A stretch of DNA of 64,000 bases, from positions 44,158 through 108,157 of the forward strand of contig NW_003314389.1 in NCBI RefSeq assembly GCF_000143415.4, read 5' to 3'. The position numbers and the translations under genes are program-made. Each line of letters begins with the position of its first letter. Position 1 is the stretch's first letter. Shown here in pieces: positions 1 to 12,007 of this stretch. Source of the stretch: Selaginella moellendorffii. Taxonomy: Eukaryota; Plantae; Lycopodiophyta. The notes under the pieces are model-generated. The model was not told the origin of the DNA. It searched no databases and saw only the letters and a program-made list of their open reading frames with translations.

Positions 1-10
1 CCCTTCCCAG

Positions 11-2096
11 CTCATCTATAAGACTCTAGAGTGGTTAGGATTTTGCTACTTTCCAATGGAGATTACAACAGGGCATTAGAAACTTATAAGAAGCTTGAGC
101 CGCTGGATGAAATATACTACATATATCAGGCTGCTTGTTTATATTATTTGGACTCTTACAGGGAGGCTGAGGAGTCAGCTCTGAAAGGTTTTACTAGTTC
201 CTTCTATAGCATGCTAACTTAATGAGTGATTCCTATCTTTCCGGGTACAGCCCTCTTACTCCATCGATGATCAATGTTAGGTGCTACTTGTGGAATTCGA
301 AATCGATTACTTTTCCACGTGGCGTATCGTTTAGACAACGACATGAAACTTGTAGAGCATCACAGCAATATAGGCAACAGTGATGAAGACCAACTAAGCT
401 TAGCTTCAATGCATTTTGCTCAGATGCATTACGAACAGGCAACAGAAATCTACAAACAACTTTTGCTAGAAAATAAGTAAGAAAAATGGTTCAGTTGGTA
501 GGTCTTACTAAGCAAAGTATTTTACAGGGATTGGATGGCCTTAAACGTGTATTTGGCTCTTTGTTATTATAATTTGGATCAGTACGATGTAAGCCTTGAG
601 GTCTTGAGTGGATACTTACAGGTGCGGGCTTCTGACTTAGTCTTATTATAGCACTTAATAAACTCGATTACAGTATTACCCAGAAAGTGCCATTGCAACC
701 AATCTGAAAGTAAGAATACACCTGCATATGGCTTCTTCTCATTGTTGCTGATCAGGCTTGCAACACATTTCAACTTTTTAATGGAAAAGCAGCTGAGTTG
801 GTCCTAACCGCATCAGAGGAAACTGCCAAAAACTCCCTTGAGCAAGGACTTTTCAAACACAACCTTGTAGTTTTTCGAAACGGTGAAGGAGCCTTGCAGG
901 TTAGCAATGTGTCACATAAATATATGATTTTATATCATTGCGAAGTTCAGGTGCTTCCATCATTGCTCGATGTTCTTCATGAAGCTCGTTTGAACCTTGT
1001 GATTTATTATATAAAAATTGGTGGTGAGGCTTTCTCATTTAACTCATGAACATCTGTATTTGTCTACTACAGACACGGAATTAGCCTATCAGACAGTGAA
1101 GATGCACGAGCCGCATACACCTCAAGAATACGTTGTCAAAGCTGTCACATGTGCTATTCTTGGGCAAGATACAAATCATGTAGAGCTTCTAAGCATGGCA
1201 CGACAGTATTTTCATCTTTATGGTGCGTCACCGACAGAATGTGATACTATACTTGGAAGGNNNNNNNNNNNNNNNNNNNNNNNNNNNNNNNNNNNNNNNN
1301 NNNNNNNNNNNNNNNNNNNNNNNNNNNNNNNNNNNNNNNNNNNNNNNNNNNNNNNNNNNNNNNNNNNNNNNNNNNNNNNNNNNNNNNNNNNNNNNNNNNN
1401 NNNNNNNNNNNNNNNNNNNNNNNNNNNNNNNNNNNNNNNNNNNNNNNNNNNNNNNNAAAACAAGACGAATTTAATTGGAATTCTGGCATTGTAAAAGCTA
1501 GCATAGGCAATTTTAGAGAGGCAGAAGAAAATCTCCTCTTCATTCAGAACACTAAATACCTAGAAAACTATTACTATGTGGCATGGTTGCTTTACTGTTT
1601 GATTATGAACAGAAAAGCTAATATAGCCTGGGAACACTTTTTGTGTCTAGAAGCATCAGATGAAACTTTCAGGTGTGCTGTCTATTCATGTCTTTTACTG
1701 ATATATATTTTTTGTCCATATAGTCTTCTGCAATTGATTGCAAATGAATGTTATAAAACATGCCAATATCTTTACGCTGCTAAAGCATTTGATGCAATTG
1801 AGGAAATGGATGAATCAATGGATTGCTGGGAAGGAAAGCAAGGTGCATGCCTTGGTGTTTTACAAAAGGTAATATCTGGAGAGGAACCCTGTGAGAGTAT
1901 GAAACAAGTCTTTGCTCTCCTGGAAAACACAAATAACCCTGAGGTAATATTTCCATATGAATATCTTTTAATTTTTCTCTAGGTGGAGTTTTTGTTGAAG
2001 GTCATGCAAGATTGGTTGAAAGAAATATCATTACAATCCACAACCTTTTCATTTTTATCTACTTCATCAAGCAAACCCATGTCAGATGAATTTTAA
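11..2096 (+). CDS. IFT56: Intraflagellar transport protein 56 (TTC26/DYF-13) homolog, 5'-truncated by the window edge. Exons approx 11-187, 281-476, 528-621, 674-709, 756-899, 951-1020, 1073-(gap)-1672, 1724-1943, 1983-2096
   Basis: The spliced translation is colinear with TTC26 motifs: [104 protein letters not shown]. Introns are GT-AG, 39-93 nt. Stop TAA at 2094-2096. There is an apparent 1-nt frameshift at ~53 and an N-gap at 1261-1456. Confidence 0.93.
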
Positions 2097-2135
2097 GATA
2101 CCATTGGTCTTTTTGGAGGGTCTTAAGTCCTTTAC

Positions 2136-2500
2136 TGTTAGGCACCATATCAAAATAATAAGATAAGAAAGGGCTTACAATCAAGTGATCAGGAATAGAA
2201 TCAAGTGTAAGGGATAGGATCCTAACATTGGTATGAGAGCCCACTTTGATTCTCATAGTTGACAAATAGGAATATTCTGAAGGAATATTTAATATGGTGG
2301 ATCCAAGGCTTGGTGGACCCTAAGAAAAGGACCATGGCATGGTGGATCTAAAGAACCATGTTTAGTAAACTTATGAGAAGGATCATGGTCACCAGAGAGT
2401 GGCCTAAATATAATTGCCGATGATCATTTCCTCGAAAGGGAAGATAGGCCCTACAATCAAGTGATCACCCCTTTAGTCAATTGGTTTAGGGTATAAGGGA
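2136..2500 (+). mobile_element. Degenerate TRIM-like remnant (short LTR, PBS, second LTR part)
   Basis: TGTTA...AACA (2136-2227) is followed by the Met-tRNA-type PBS TGGTATGAGAGC at 2229. The motif 'tacaatcaagtgatca' recurs at ~2452 after a purine tract. Confidence 0.35.
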
Positions 2501-3600
2501 TTATGCTCTACCTCCTCTTGAGGTTCCTCACCACCTAACCACCTCCAATCTACCTCAAAAGTTCCACTACACTGCCACTCCATTGTGAGCCCTTAGGGTA
2601 GGTTAAGTTTACCCTACCATGCCTTAATACCCTTGATCTTACCTTTGACCCACATTGACCACATCTCAAGCTCAAACTCATAGTCCATCCTCCATGGCTA
2701 TACATTAAGGAGGCATTAGGCCCATCATTACAAGATAGTACATTTTTCAATTAGTTAACATAAAATACTGAATGAATTTCCACCTTAGTTGGTAGTTACA
2801 CTTAATAAGCCACTTTACCAATACACTCCAACACTAAGGACTAGCATGTCTGTGAGAAAGTTTGTTACTCTTCCCATTACTCAAAAGCACTAATGTGTAT
2901 TTGCCACTCACTTGATGGAAAGATCACTTGTATAAAGACAAGTTCTTCCACCTTGTATTCCTAGAATTGGTGATGTTCATTGGCAAACTTCTCCACACTA
3001 TTTTGAGCCACCTATAAATTCTATTTGCACACTAGCAAACTTTTATCAAGTTTTATGGCACCTCCATGTCTACCTTGTGTTGAACATCAAATGTTATCCC
3101 AACTCTAATTTGTTCAAGGATGCCTTCCAAATATGGCAAAGTAAAAACTCAGTTTAGTTCCACTATATTAGCTATTATTATAGGTGAATTGCACCAGTGG
3201 AAAATATAGATCCTGTTATCCTTGCCTTTGGCTAATGCTATAGCATAGCATATCCTCTTCCACCTAATTCACATACTTAGTCTGCCCATTCGTTTGAGGA
3301 TGATCTCTTTAAAGTCACTTGTATAGACTTCATAAACCTTTTCCTAAATGCACTATTGAGCTTTGAATCTTGATCACTCTTAATAAAGAAAGATCTTCTC
3401 CAAGTAGACCATAGCCAAGTTTGAAGCAATAATAATCTTTGGAAGAGCTAACAATTATATCAATCAGTTCACTATGACCACACTTGCTCTTTTTCCCTCT
3501 ATATTCAAGGCAAACAAGTGACAAAGTCTATAGAGATACTATACTAAGGTTGCAAAAGTCACTCTAACTTCTCTTATGACACTTTTACCCACTAACAAAG
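2500..3600 (-). mobile_element. Decayed Ty3/gypsy 3' fragment (integrase region plus 3' LTR), same family as 6710-9976
   Basis: 2500-2654 is the reverse complement of the LTR at 6732-6880/9680-9925. 2700-3400 is the reverse complement of the integrase/3' region at 8800-9560. Confidence 0.7.
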
Positions 3601-3685
3601 CTTTTATAATTTGTAATACTTGAGGATATTAACCTTCATATTCCTCCAATAAAAATTGTGCTTAATCACTCATATATTTTCTTCT

Positions 3686-4245
3686 TGTAAGCTCATGAAT
3701 TTAAACTTCCCCAAAGGTCATCTAACCCAATATTATTTAAATCCAAAGATGGTTAACCTTAAGTATCCCAAGATCTTTAACCGATTGAAAAAAGGGATGC
3801 ATTCTTGTTTATTGGCCCTTTCCTTCTATATTTAAACCTTTACAAATTTTCTCTTGAGTTGTTATTTATAATTGCTTATAAACCATCATGTTTCTCTACA
3901 AATTCACACCCTTGTGAACAGAAATTGAGAGCCATAGCTCTTGTGAGAGCCTCACTATCTTAACACCTTACCTCTTGGGTGGAGCTTAGCTAGAGCAAAC
4001 TAAACCACCAAATGCTAATCTCAATATATGGTGTGATTCCCTTATCCAATCAATAGAGTTGGATTTGAAACCTTTTTAATACTAAATGTAAACTTTTGAA
4101 TTTAAAAGAGATTACCGAGCCTAGTACTATTCAAACCCAAGGATGCTTAATCCAAAATATTTAAAACCATTAACCAATTAATAAAGGTGGCACACATTTG
4201 TTGATAAGCGCTTTCTCTCTATACTTAAACCTCTATAGATCATCT
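3686..4245 (-). mobile_element. Old, heavily mutated Cassandra TRIM (LTR-internal-LTR)
   Basis: The reverse complement aligns by eye along its whole length to the LTR/internal/LTR unit at 36861-37455, with many C>T/G>A changes. Confidence 0.75.
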
Positions 4246-4249
4246 TTAT

Positions 4250-5800
4250 TATGAATATGATTTTGGGTATTAACCAGCTAGTCTTTTTAGATATTTTTCT
4301 CTTACTACTATGGTAGTAAGAGATTGGTTTGTTGGTTCTCTTTTAAGTCCCTCTTTTTCAAGTGTTAGTAAATTGGGTTTAGCATTTGTACATATTTAAA
4401 TGAATATAAGGTAGAAACTCTTATGTGTTTCTTATTGAGCATCCTCAGTCTAGCTTTTAGTTCTTTTTTGCTTTGTCTTGCATTGATTTGACAAGAACCT
4501 TTGCAATTTTAAGCTTGGTCCCTCAATATCACCAGATAGTAGTCTACCGTATCTGCCAAGACACCCCCACTATCATGCCCCATATGTTGGTTCCATTTGG
4601 TCCCATTGGCAATTTATGAAAAATGTCTAGATCTACTAGTGAGGCATATTTGTCACAAATATGATTACGGGTATCAAAAGTTATTTGTTGGCTAGTCCTT
4701 TCATATATTTTTTTCCTTACTACCATGTGGCAAGAGGTTAGTATTATTGAGTGCTTCATTAGTCCCTCTTGTTCAAGTGATAGTAAACTGGGTTTATCAT
4801 TTATACTTAGCCAAATGAATATAAGGTAGGAACGCTTTTATGTTTCTTGCTGAGCATACTCAGCTTGGCTTTTAGTTCTTTTTTGCTCTATCTTGCACTA
4901 GCTTGACAAGAACCCTCACTTATTGAGATTAGTCTCTCAATATCACCAAATGATAGTTTACTATGTCTGCCAAACACCCTCACAATCATGCCTTATATAT
5001 TAGTTCTATTGGTTCTATGACTATTTATGGAAAGTATCTAGATTTGCTAATTTGGCGTATCTACGGAATGTAGAGGTTGTTCTAAACACAATGGTGTTAG
5101 TCCCGTATCTAAATTTGTAATTTAACACTATTCCATATTTAGTAAGTTTCATGCTTGTCCCAGAGACTAACTCTTGGTGCTGGTGGCTAAGGGTGTAAGC
5201 CCAAAGCATGCGTTCCTCAAGGCGGGGGGGGGGGGGGGGGGGGGGGGGNNNNNNNNNNNNNNNNNNNNNNNNNNNNNNNNNNNNNNNNNNNNNNNNNNNN
5301 NNNNNNNNNNNNNNNNNNNNNNNNNNNNNNNNNNNNNNNNNNNNNNNNNNNNNNNNNNTCACGTACTACATGGTTACGCACTGATAACTCTTGTTTGCAT
5401 GCTTGTCCTTATTCTATATCTGTCTTAAGTCTAAGCCCAAATTCCATTCCATGTTAGTTGGTGGAGTCCTATATCCTCACGTTGGGCTATTGGTATATTG
5501 AAATAGTGCTAAACTCCATTTGGTTACAGTTTGAGTCTTGGTTGTAGCATTGGGATGTTGGATGCTCTAAGACTATTCCAAGTTGCTCTATACTCCTGTT
5601 CGTTTCCTCCTTGGGTTATATGCTTAGGAGTTGCTCCATGCTTTGGTCCTTTCTTTGGCTCCATGCTTAGGAGTTTAGCTTTGTTCTTTTATTCAATGGC
5701 TCAAGGCTCTGAAACTCGAGTCCCATTTCACTATCCTTGGACATGTGGCATATGGCACATGGCATGTGAGATATGCATATGGAAGGTTTAGTTAAATCCT
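4250..5800 (+). mobile_element. Family-B LTR (starts TGTCACAAAT at 4651) nested in an older family-B LTR fragment
   Basis: Similar to 21346-21989, 41195-41751 and 54595-55113. Segment 4300-4650 is duplicated at 4730-5060. Contains a poly-G tract and an N-gap at 5249-5358. Confidence 0.65.
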
Positions 5801-6709
5801 TCTATAGGCTTTCTTTTGTTTATGAAGCATTTATCTGTGTGTAAAGTTGTGATGCAAGCACCTAAAAATTAAAAGGTTGGGTTTTCAATTGGTTTCAGAT
5901 GATAGAAGGCCAAGTTTACCTTGCCGAGTTCCACACTCCATTGATCAAAGGAGTTGATTCCCCAGATAAATCCCTACACCAACCCAATGCTCATACAATG
6001 CTAGAAGCTGGCCAACTGTGTATGGCTTTAGAGTTGGTAGTAGCATGCTCAAGGTTGGACAGTTGCCAATGAATTCTTGCAAACTTTCACCTAGCATGCT
6101 AGGTAACTATAGAGCAGCAAGGAAAAAACCTTGAGGAACTTACTTTGTGAGGAATCAAATAATTTGGGACACCTTCCGCTTGAAGTTCCTTAAGGATCTG
6201 AAGAAAGAAACATTTAGACCATGAAAGAATACAAAAGATTCCTTACTAACCCTACCATAAGCCAATGTGTCTGCTTGGGGTAAAAAAAGTGCACAAATTC
6301 GTGCCAAACCAGATTGAATTATAGTCTCTTGTGAGGGGAAAAACAAGGAGAGAACTAACAGCTCTAACTATTCATCTGCTCAATTCTCACAATCTAGCAG
6401 GTTGCTAACATTAACACCCCACAACTTTAATACCTATTTATTTATAAATAGCCATACAGTCTATAAAAGATATTTGCTCTAATTAGTGAAATAGCAAATG
6501 AAAAATATTTAGCCAATGTCACTCTTGGTAAATAGCAAATAAAAACTATATAAGCCTCTTAACTTATTTTGAAGAAGGTACATCTTTGCAGTACTAAACC
6601 ATAGTTTACTGTCTTGGCCAAGCAAATTCACTACTGAGACAATAAAAAAACTACTATACTCTCCAGCAAACCTAGGATTTCTATATAGCTCTTCCAATGA
6701 TAACTTAGT

Positions 6710-9700
6710 TGTTAGGCACCAGCTTTAACCATGTGGTCAATGTTGGTCAAAAGGAAGCTCAAGGGTACATTAAGGCATGTTAAGTTAAGGAACTTAACTT
6801 ACCCCAGGGCTCACAGTGGAACGGCGGTGTAGTGGAGCTATTAAGGTGGGTGGTGAGGAACCTCAAGAGGAGGCATGGCATAGTCTAGGGAGACTAGATC
6901 TTTGTTTTTTCGCACCAGATCATAATATTGGTATTAGAGAAGTTGGTTGCAATGGCTGACCAAGCTGAATGCTGGAATCCTATTGTTGATGGTGGTGCCA
7001 ATGATGGTATTGACGGAGCTATGGAGGTTTGGACCATTCAAGATGTTATTCATGAGCTGCGAGCCCTTAACTGAAATCAGCAAGAGATGTAAGACAAGAT
7101 ACATGGTATAATGGATACTATGCATGAGTGTGTTGAGGCACTTGAGGCTAGACGTGGTGGCACTTTAAATAAGCCTTCTTTGGTAGATTGACTCAAGATT
7201 CCAACCTTTTTTTGGTGATGGTGGTGTGGACCAATGTTTAGCTTGGCTAGCCAATGTGAAAAAGTTCTTGGGTGCTAGGGGAACTCAGGATGTAGAGGTT
7301 TTAGTGGATATTCCAATGGTTTTGCGTGATGTGGGTCTTCAGTAGTGGAATTGGCTTGAGGAGTCTCGTGTTGCGGATAAGAAACCACCAGTGTCTACCA
7401 TGGATAAATTTGAGATTGCTTTCCGTTTATGGTTTGCCCCTCACTATAATGTGGAGAATGCTCGCACAAAACTTCGACATTTCTAGCAAAGGAAAATGAT
7501 GTTCGGGGATTATATTGAGAAGCTTACTCACTTGATTAGTCGTGTTCCAACGAAGGATCTTGATCAGAATAAGTCTTACTTCATTGATGGCCTTCATAGT
7601 AAGAGCATGCGGCAACACTTGTATTATTCTCAGCCTACAAAGAGTTTAGAGGAGTTCTTTGATGTGACTTGTCGACTTGACAATGACAAACACAAGTCTC
7701 GCAAGCATTCGTGAAGTTCTTCTGTTGAGAATCGTCGTGATGATCACCATGGACACAAGGATGGGAACAAGCACCACAAGTTGAAGTCTGTGGTGACTAC
7801 TTCGGATGCAAAGGGGTTAAAGAAGCAGAAGTTCTTTGTGAAGAATTATAGATAGAGTTGTCATCATTGTGGCGATGTTGGACATTACAAGGTTGATTGT
7901 TCACAGCTGAAAAACAAGTAGCAGGGCAAAAAGAATGGCCAATCTTCTATTGATGGTAAGTCAAATACTAAAATGTTGCAAACTTTGCAGCATGAGGATG
8001 ATGGGAACAACCATTTGGGTCGGAGGAAGAGGCTTTCAATTGTTGCTTATCAACTCAATTGTGTGTGGAACAAGATGGAGCTCGAGCATACTCGTGATCA
8101 GCTTTAATGTTTGAGGGCATATTCTATGGCGGTCCAATGTAGATTTTACTGGATAGCAAGAGCGATGACAACTTTGTTACTACAAAGTTCTTTTGTTACT
8201 ATGTGACAACAAACTTTATGCAAAGAAGAGCAAATGTGAATTTGCAAAGTCAAAGGTGGAATATCTAGACCATATTGTGACATCTAAAGGTGTTAAGACG
8301 GATCCAAGGAAGGTGGTTGTGGTGGAAAACTAACCTACACCAACTTTAGTGGTTGAGTTATGCAACCTCCTTGGTATGGCTAGTTACTACCGATGTTTCC
8401 AACATAAATTTGCAAAGATAGCTATTCTTTTAATAGGGTTGTTGTGCAAGAATGTGCCATTTGAGTGGAAGAAGCCATATGAGGAGATTTTTGTGGCATT
8501 GAAACGGTTGCTGAGTGAGACTCTAGTGCTTCGCATTGCTAATTCCTCAAAATCTTACGAGGTGATATGTGATGTGAGTGGTTATGCACTGGGAGGAGTT
8601 CTTATGCAAGAGGGATAGCTTATTGCATATGAGAGTCGAACTTTGAATCCCGTGGAGCAATGCTATTCCATATATGAACAAGAGTTACTCTTTATTATTC
8701 ATACTTTGCAGATGTGACAGCACTATCTTTATGGTGCAGTGTTCATGGTGTTGATAGATCACAAAGTTGAATACTAGGCAAGCTCATTGGATGGTTAAAC
8801 TCTACTTGGAGAAGGTTTTTCCTTATTTTGGTTTGTCAGAGGATATCATTAGTGATTGAGATTCAAAGTTCACAAGTGGATTTTGGAAGAGCTTTGCAAT
8901 GGCTATGCAAGTGACTTTGAAACTCTCGAGTGAAGATCATCCTCAGATAGATGGGCAAACTAAGCGTGTGAATCATGTGGTGAAGGATATGTTACACTAT
9001 AACATTGGTCAAAGATAGGGACAATAGGATTTATATTTTCCATTGGTGCAATTTTCTTATAACAATAGCCAACACATTGGAACCAAGCTAAATCCTTACT
9101 TTTCCATGTTTAAAAGGCATCCTCAAATAGCAATGGAATTGGGATTGCATTTGAGTAAGGATGTTCAAGACAAGCTTGATTCAGAGGCAACTGATCTGGC
9201 TACAGAACTTGATGAGATTCTGGTGGTGTACAAACGAAATTTATAGGTAGCTCAAAATAAAGCAAAGAAGTTTGCTAATGAGCATCACCAATTCCGGGAA
9301 TATAAGGTGGGTGATCTTGTTTTTGTATGAGTGATTTTTCCGTCAAGTGAGTGGTAGAACACCTTGGTGCTTTTGTAAAGTGGGAAGAGTCATAAACTTT
9401 CTCATCGTTATGCTAGTTTATATGAAGTGCTGGAACACATTGGTAAGGTAGCTTATCGGGTGTGGCTGCTAGTTAGGGTGAAAATTCATCTACTATTTTA
9501 TGTCAATCAGTTCAAAGATGTACTATCTCGGAGTGATGGGCCTAATGCCTCCTTGATATATACGGCTGTGGGCAGGAGTTTGAGTAGGGTTCCCCATAAA
9601 GGGTGATCACCAGTACAACTCATCCTTGGGACAAGGAATTTGTTGAGGGGAAGAATTGTTAAGCACCAGCTTTGACCAGTCAATATTGGTCAAAGGGAAG

Positions 9701-9976
9701 CTCAAGGGTACATTAAGGCATGTTAGGGTAAGGAACTTAACCTACCCTAGGGCTCATGGTCTATTCTCATGTTTTAGGGCTTTATAGTAATTTTGAAAGA
9801 GAGGGAAGAGCAGGCTATGGCAAACAAGCCTAGGGTGAATGGCATGTCATTGGAGCAGCAGTGTAGTGGAGCTTTTGAGGTAACTTGGGGGTGGTTGGGT
9901 GGTGAGGAACCTCAAGAGGAGGCGTAACATAGTTTAGGGAGGCTAGATTTTTGTTTTTTCACGCTGGATCATAACA
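6710..9976 (+). mobile_element. Degenerate, internally deleted Ty3/gypsy LTR retrotransposon
   Basis: LTRs at 6710-6927 and 9657-9976 (TG...TA/CA). PBS TGGTATTAGAG at 6929; PPT GAGGGGAAGAA at 9645. Gag with CHHCGDVGHYKVDC knuckle (~7858), protease ILLDS (~8143), RT end KCEFAKSKVEYL, RNase H ICDVSGYALGGVL, integrase HPQIDGQT. Most of RT is deleted; many stops. Confidence 0.85.
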
Positions 9977-10844
9977 CCAGCTCTAAAAGAACTACAAAGT
10001 CATCTAATTTGAGGATTTGTCCTAAATGTATTGGTATGCTTAGGTACAATAGCCATAAGTTCCTAGGACATCAGTTTAGGGATCAACCAATGTCTCCACC
10101 ATATATCTAAAACTTATCATACATAGAAAGATATATATATAGATATAGATATGAGTATACATGGTGCAATGCTCCTAGATGCCATCCAATCAAAGACATG
10201 GTGGTTGTGTTCTTCGCTCCACACATGGCTTATACGCTCTAGACATTGAGAGATTCAGTGCTAGTTTAGGCGAATCCCATTTCCAGAAGAATGGAACCAG
10301 CTCATTGTTGCTGACCCAAAACCAGTTTTTTCATGTTCAGCAGCATCACCACCATTACAAGGATCACTCTGCAAAGCCACCATCACTAAAATCCCAGCAA
10401 AGCAGGGCAAAAGTAGAATCCGGCAGGAAAAGGATAAGGCTGGGAATCCCAAAATCCCTGCTCTTGTTGTGGCAGGTTGAAGGTAGGGAACTTTGTTCTT
10501 TGTGTTGTCTGAGAGTTCTAAGACACTTGTGGTTAGTGATTCTTTTGTTTTGTTTCCTTTTTCTTGGTGTCTGGTGCCTCACTCTGTTTTGCAGCCTTTA
10601 AATGCTACACAGCACCAGTCCCCTGCTGCTCCTATTGCTCTCTCCCTGATGACCACTTGAGGTATGTGTACTTTTCATTTCCTTGTCATGCTCACTTGAT
10701 TCCTTGTCATAGTTTATATAGCTTTTTGGTAGTGCTGCTTTTTTCATTGAGCAATTTCTGTGAAGCCGAGGCAGAGCTCCATTCCTGAGAATTATGCTTA
10801 AGAACTTAGTTGTGAATGTGGATTTCCACAGGAAGGTCACCAAA

Positions 10845-11430
10845 TTGTTTCAACTTCACGAACAGGCTTCTCTCCCTTGGGAGTAATCACCACAGCATGA
10901 CTAACATCCAGGTACTGTGTTGATGAGTGATTTCCCCAGATAATCACGCTCTTCACGTCTAAGACCTGGAAACCAGTCCTTTCAGAGATCTGCCCCAGCG
11001 CCCAGTTGTGGTCCAGCCTTGTCAAGCAAGTGATGTTCTTGTCAGGAATGGAAGGGGCAAAATCCTTCAGGATCAACACATTAGTATTGGCAGGATTGGC
11101 AACCACCAGAATCTGTCATTCCACGAGCTTCCAATTCCAAATTCTGATACGTTTTGTATTTATATGTTACCTTCACATCCTTGGCAGCACACTTTTCAAG
11201 AGCAGAAGCTTGAGACTTGTAGATGGAGACGTTCTTGGACATGATATCCTTTCGCTCCATCCCCACCCAGGAAATCCTCCAACCAGCACTGCAATGTTAA
11301 CACCCTTGCAAACTTCCTCCACATCCATGGTGGCGACCACTCCTGAAAAACAAAGATCGATGGAGAGACCTAGCTAAAAAAAAAAAAAGAATCGCATTGA
11401 AAAACTTACCTTTAAGCAAAGGAAATTCCG
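10845..11430 (-). pseudogene. MDH: Cytosolic malate dehydrogenase internal gene fragment with retained introns
   Basis: Reads FPLLKG|[24 protein letters not shown]-(frameshift)[24 protein letters not shown]|VVANPANTN...[12 protein letters not shown]...[11 protein letters not shown]. Both termini are missing and the conserved DHNR Arg is replaced by Trp. Confidence 0.88.
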
Positions 11431-12007
11431 AGTTGATGAGCTTAATCTTAACTCCAATCCCGCCAATGGAATAACAAAGCTTATACTAATGATATATCTG
11501 GAAAGCAGAGCCTTTTGAAGATCATTCAAAAGCTTATGCTCTGAGACACATAGATACACTGCAAAAACATCTGCCCATCTATGCTGAGAGGACGTTAGCA
11601 ATTGTGAAACCTCTAGGCTTTCCCCATTTCAAGTTGCAGTGCGAATTCTCAACACCAAGTCCATGTATTCCACACTGCTAGTGGAGGGTGTTTGGGAGAT
11701 GTGTGGGTGCAACTGAACATCAGCTCAAAATGCATTGAAGAGTCCCCAGTTGGGATTGTCGCTCCTGCTTGCAGCAAAGGTGTTGCAAGAGCATCACCAT
11801 AAGAAAGGAATGGACACAGGAACACCTTAAAATCCCAAATTAAGCTCTGGAAATTGTTTTCTGCCTTCTAACCCCTTCCCTCAATTGCCTGAATTAATTC
11901 TTTGAACCTGCTCTGGTTATTAAAATGTTGCCCTCATCTGTTTGCTGCACAAGAGCCAGTTCAAGCAACAACATAAAAGCCTTAATCCATCCACACTGTC
12001 TCTGGAT

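Noticed and set aside
1218-1543. ORFs spanning N-runs (also 5021-5428 and 23435-24471)
   Set aside because: Artefacts of assembly gaps.
5900-6200. Possible LRR receptor-like gene fragment (NLEELTL.../GHLPLE)
   Set aside because: Only one degenerate, frameshifted motif; too weak to call.
10640-10680. Hammerhead ribozyme/retrozyme core (CTGATGA)
   Set aside because: No following stem II-GAAA or cleavage triplet. I also found no hammerhead core by eye in the LTR families; a covariance-model search would be needed to exclude it fully.
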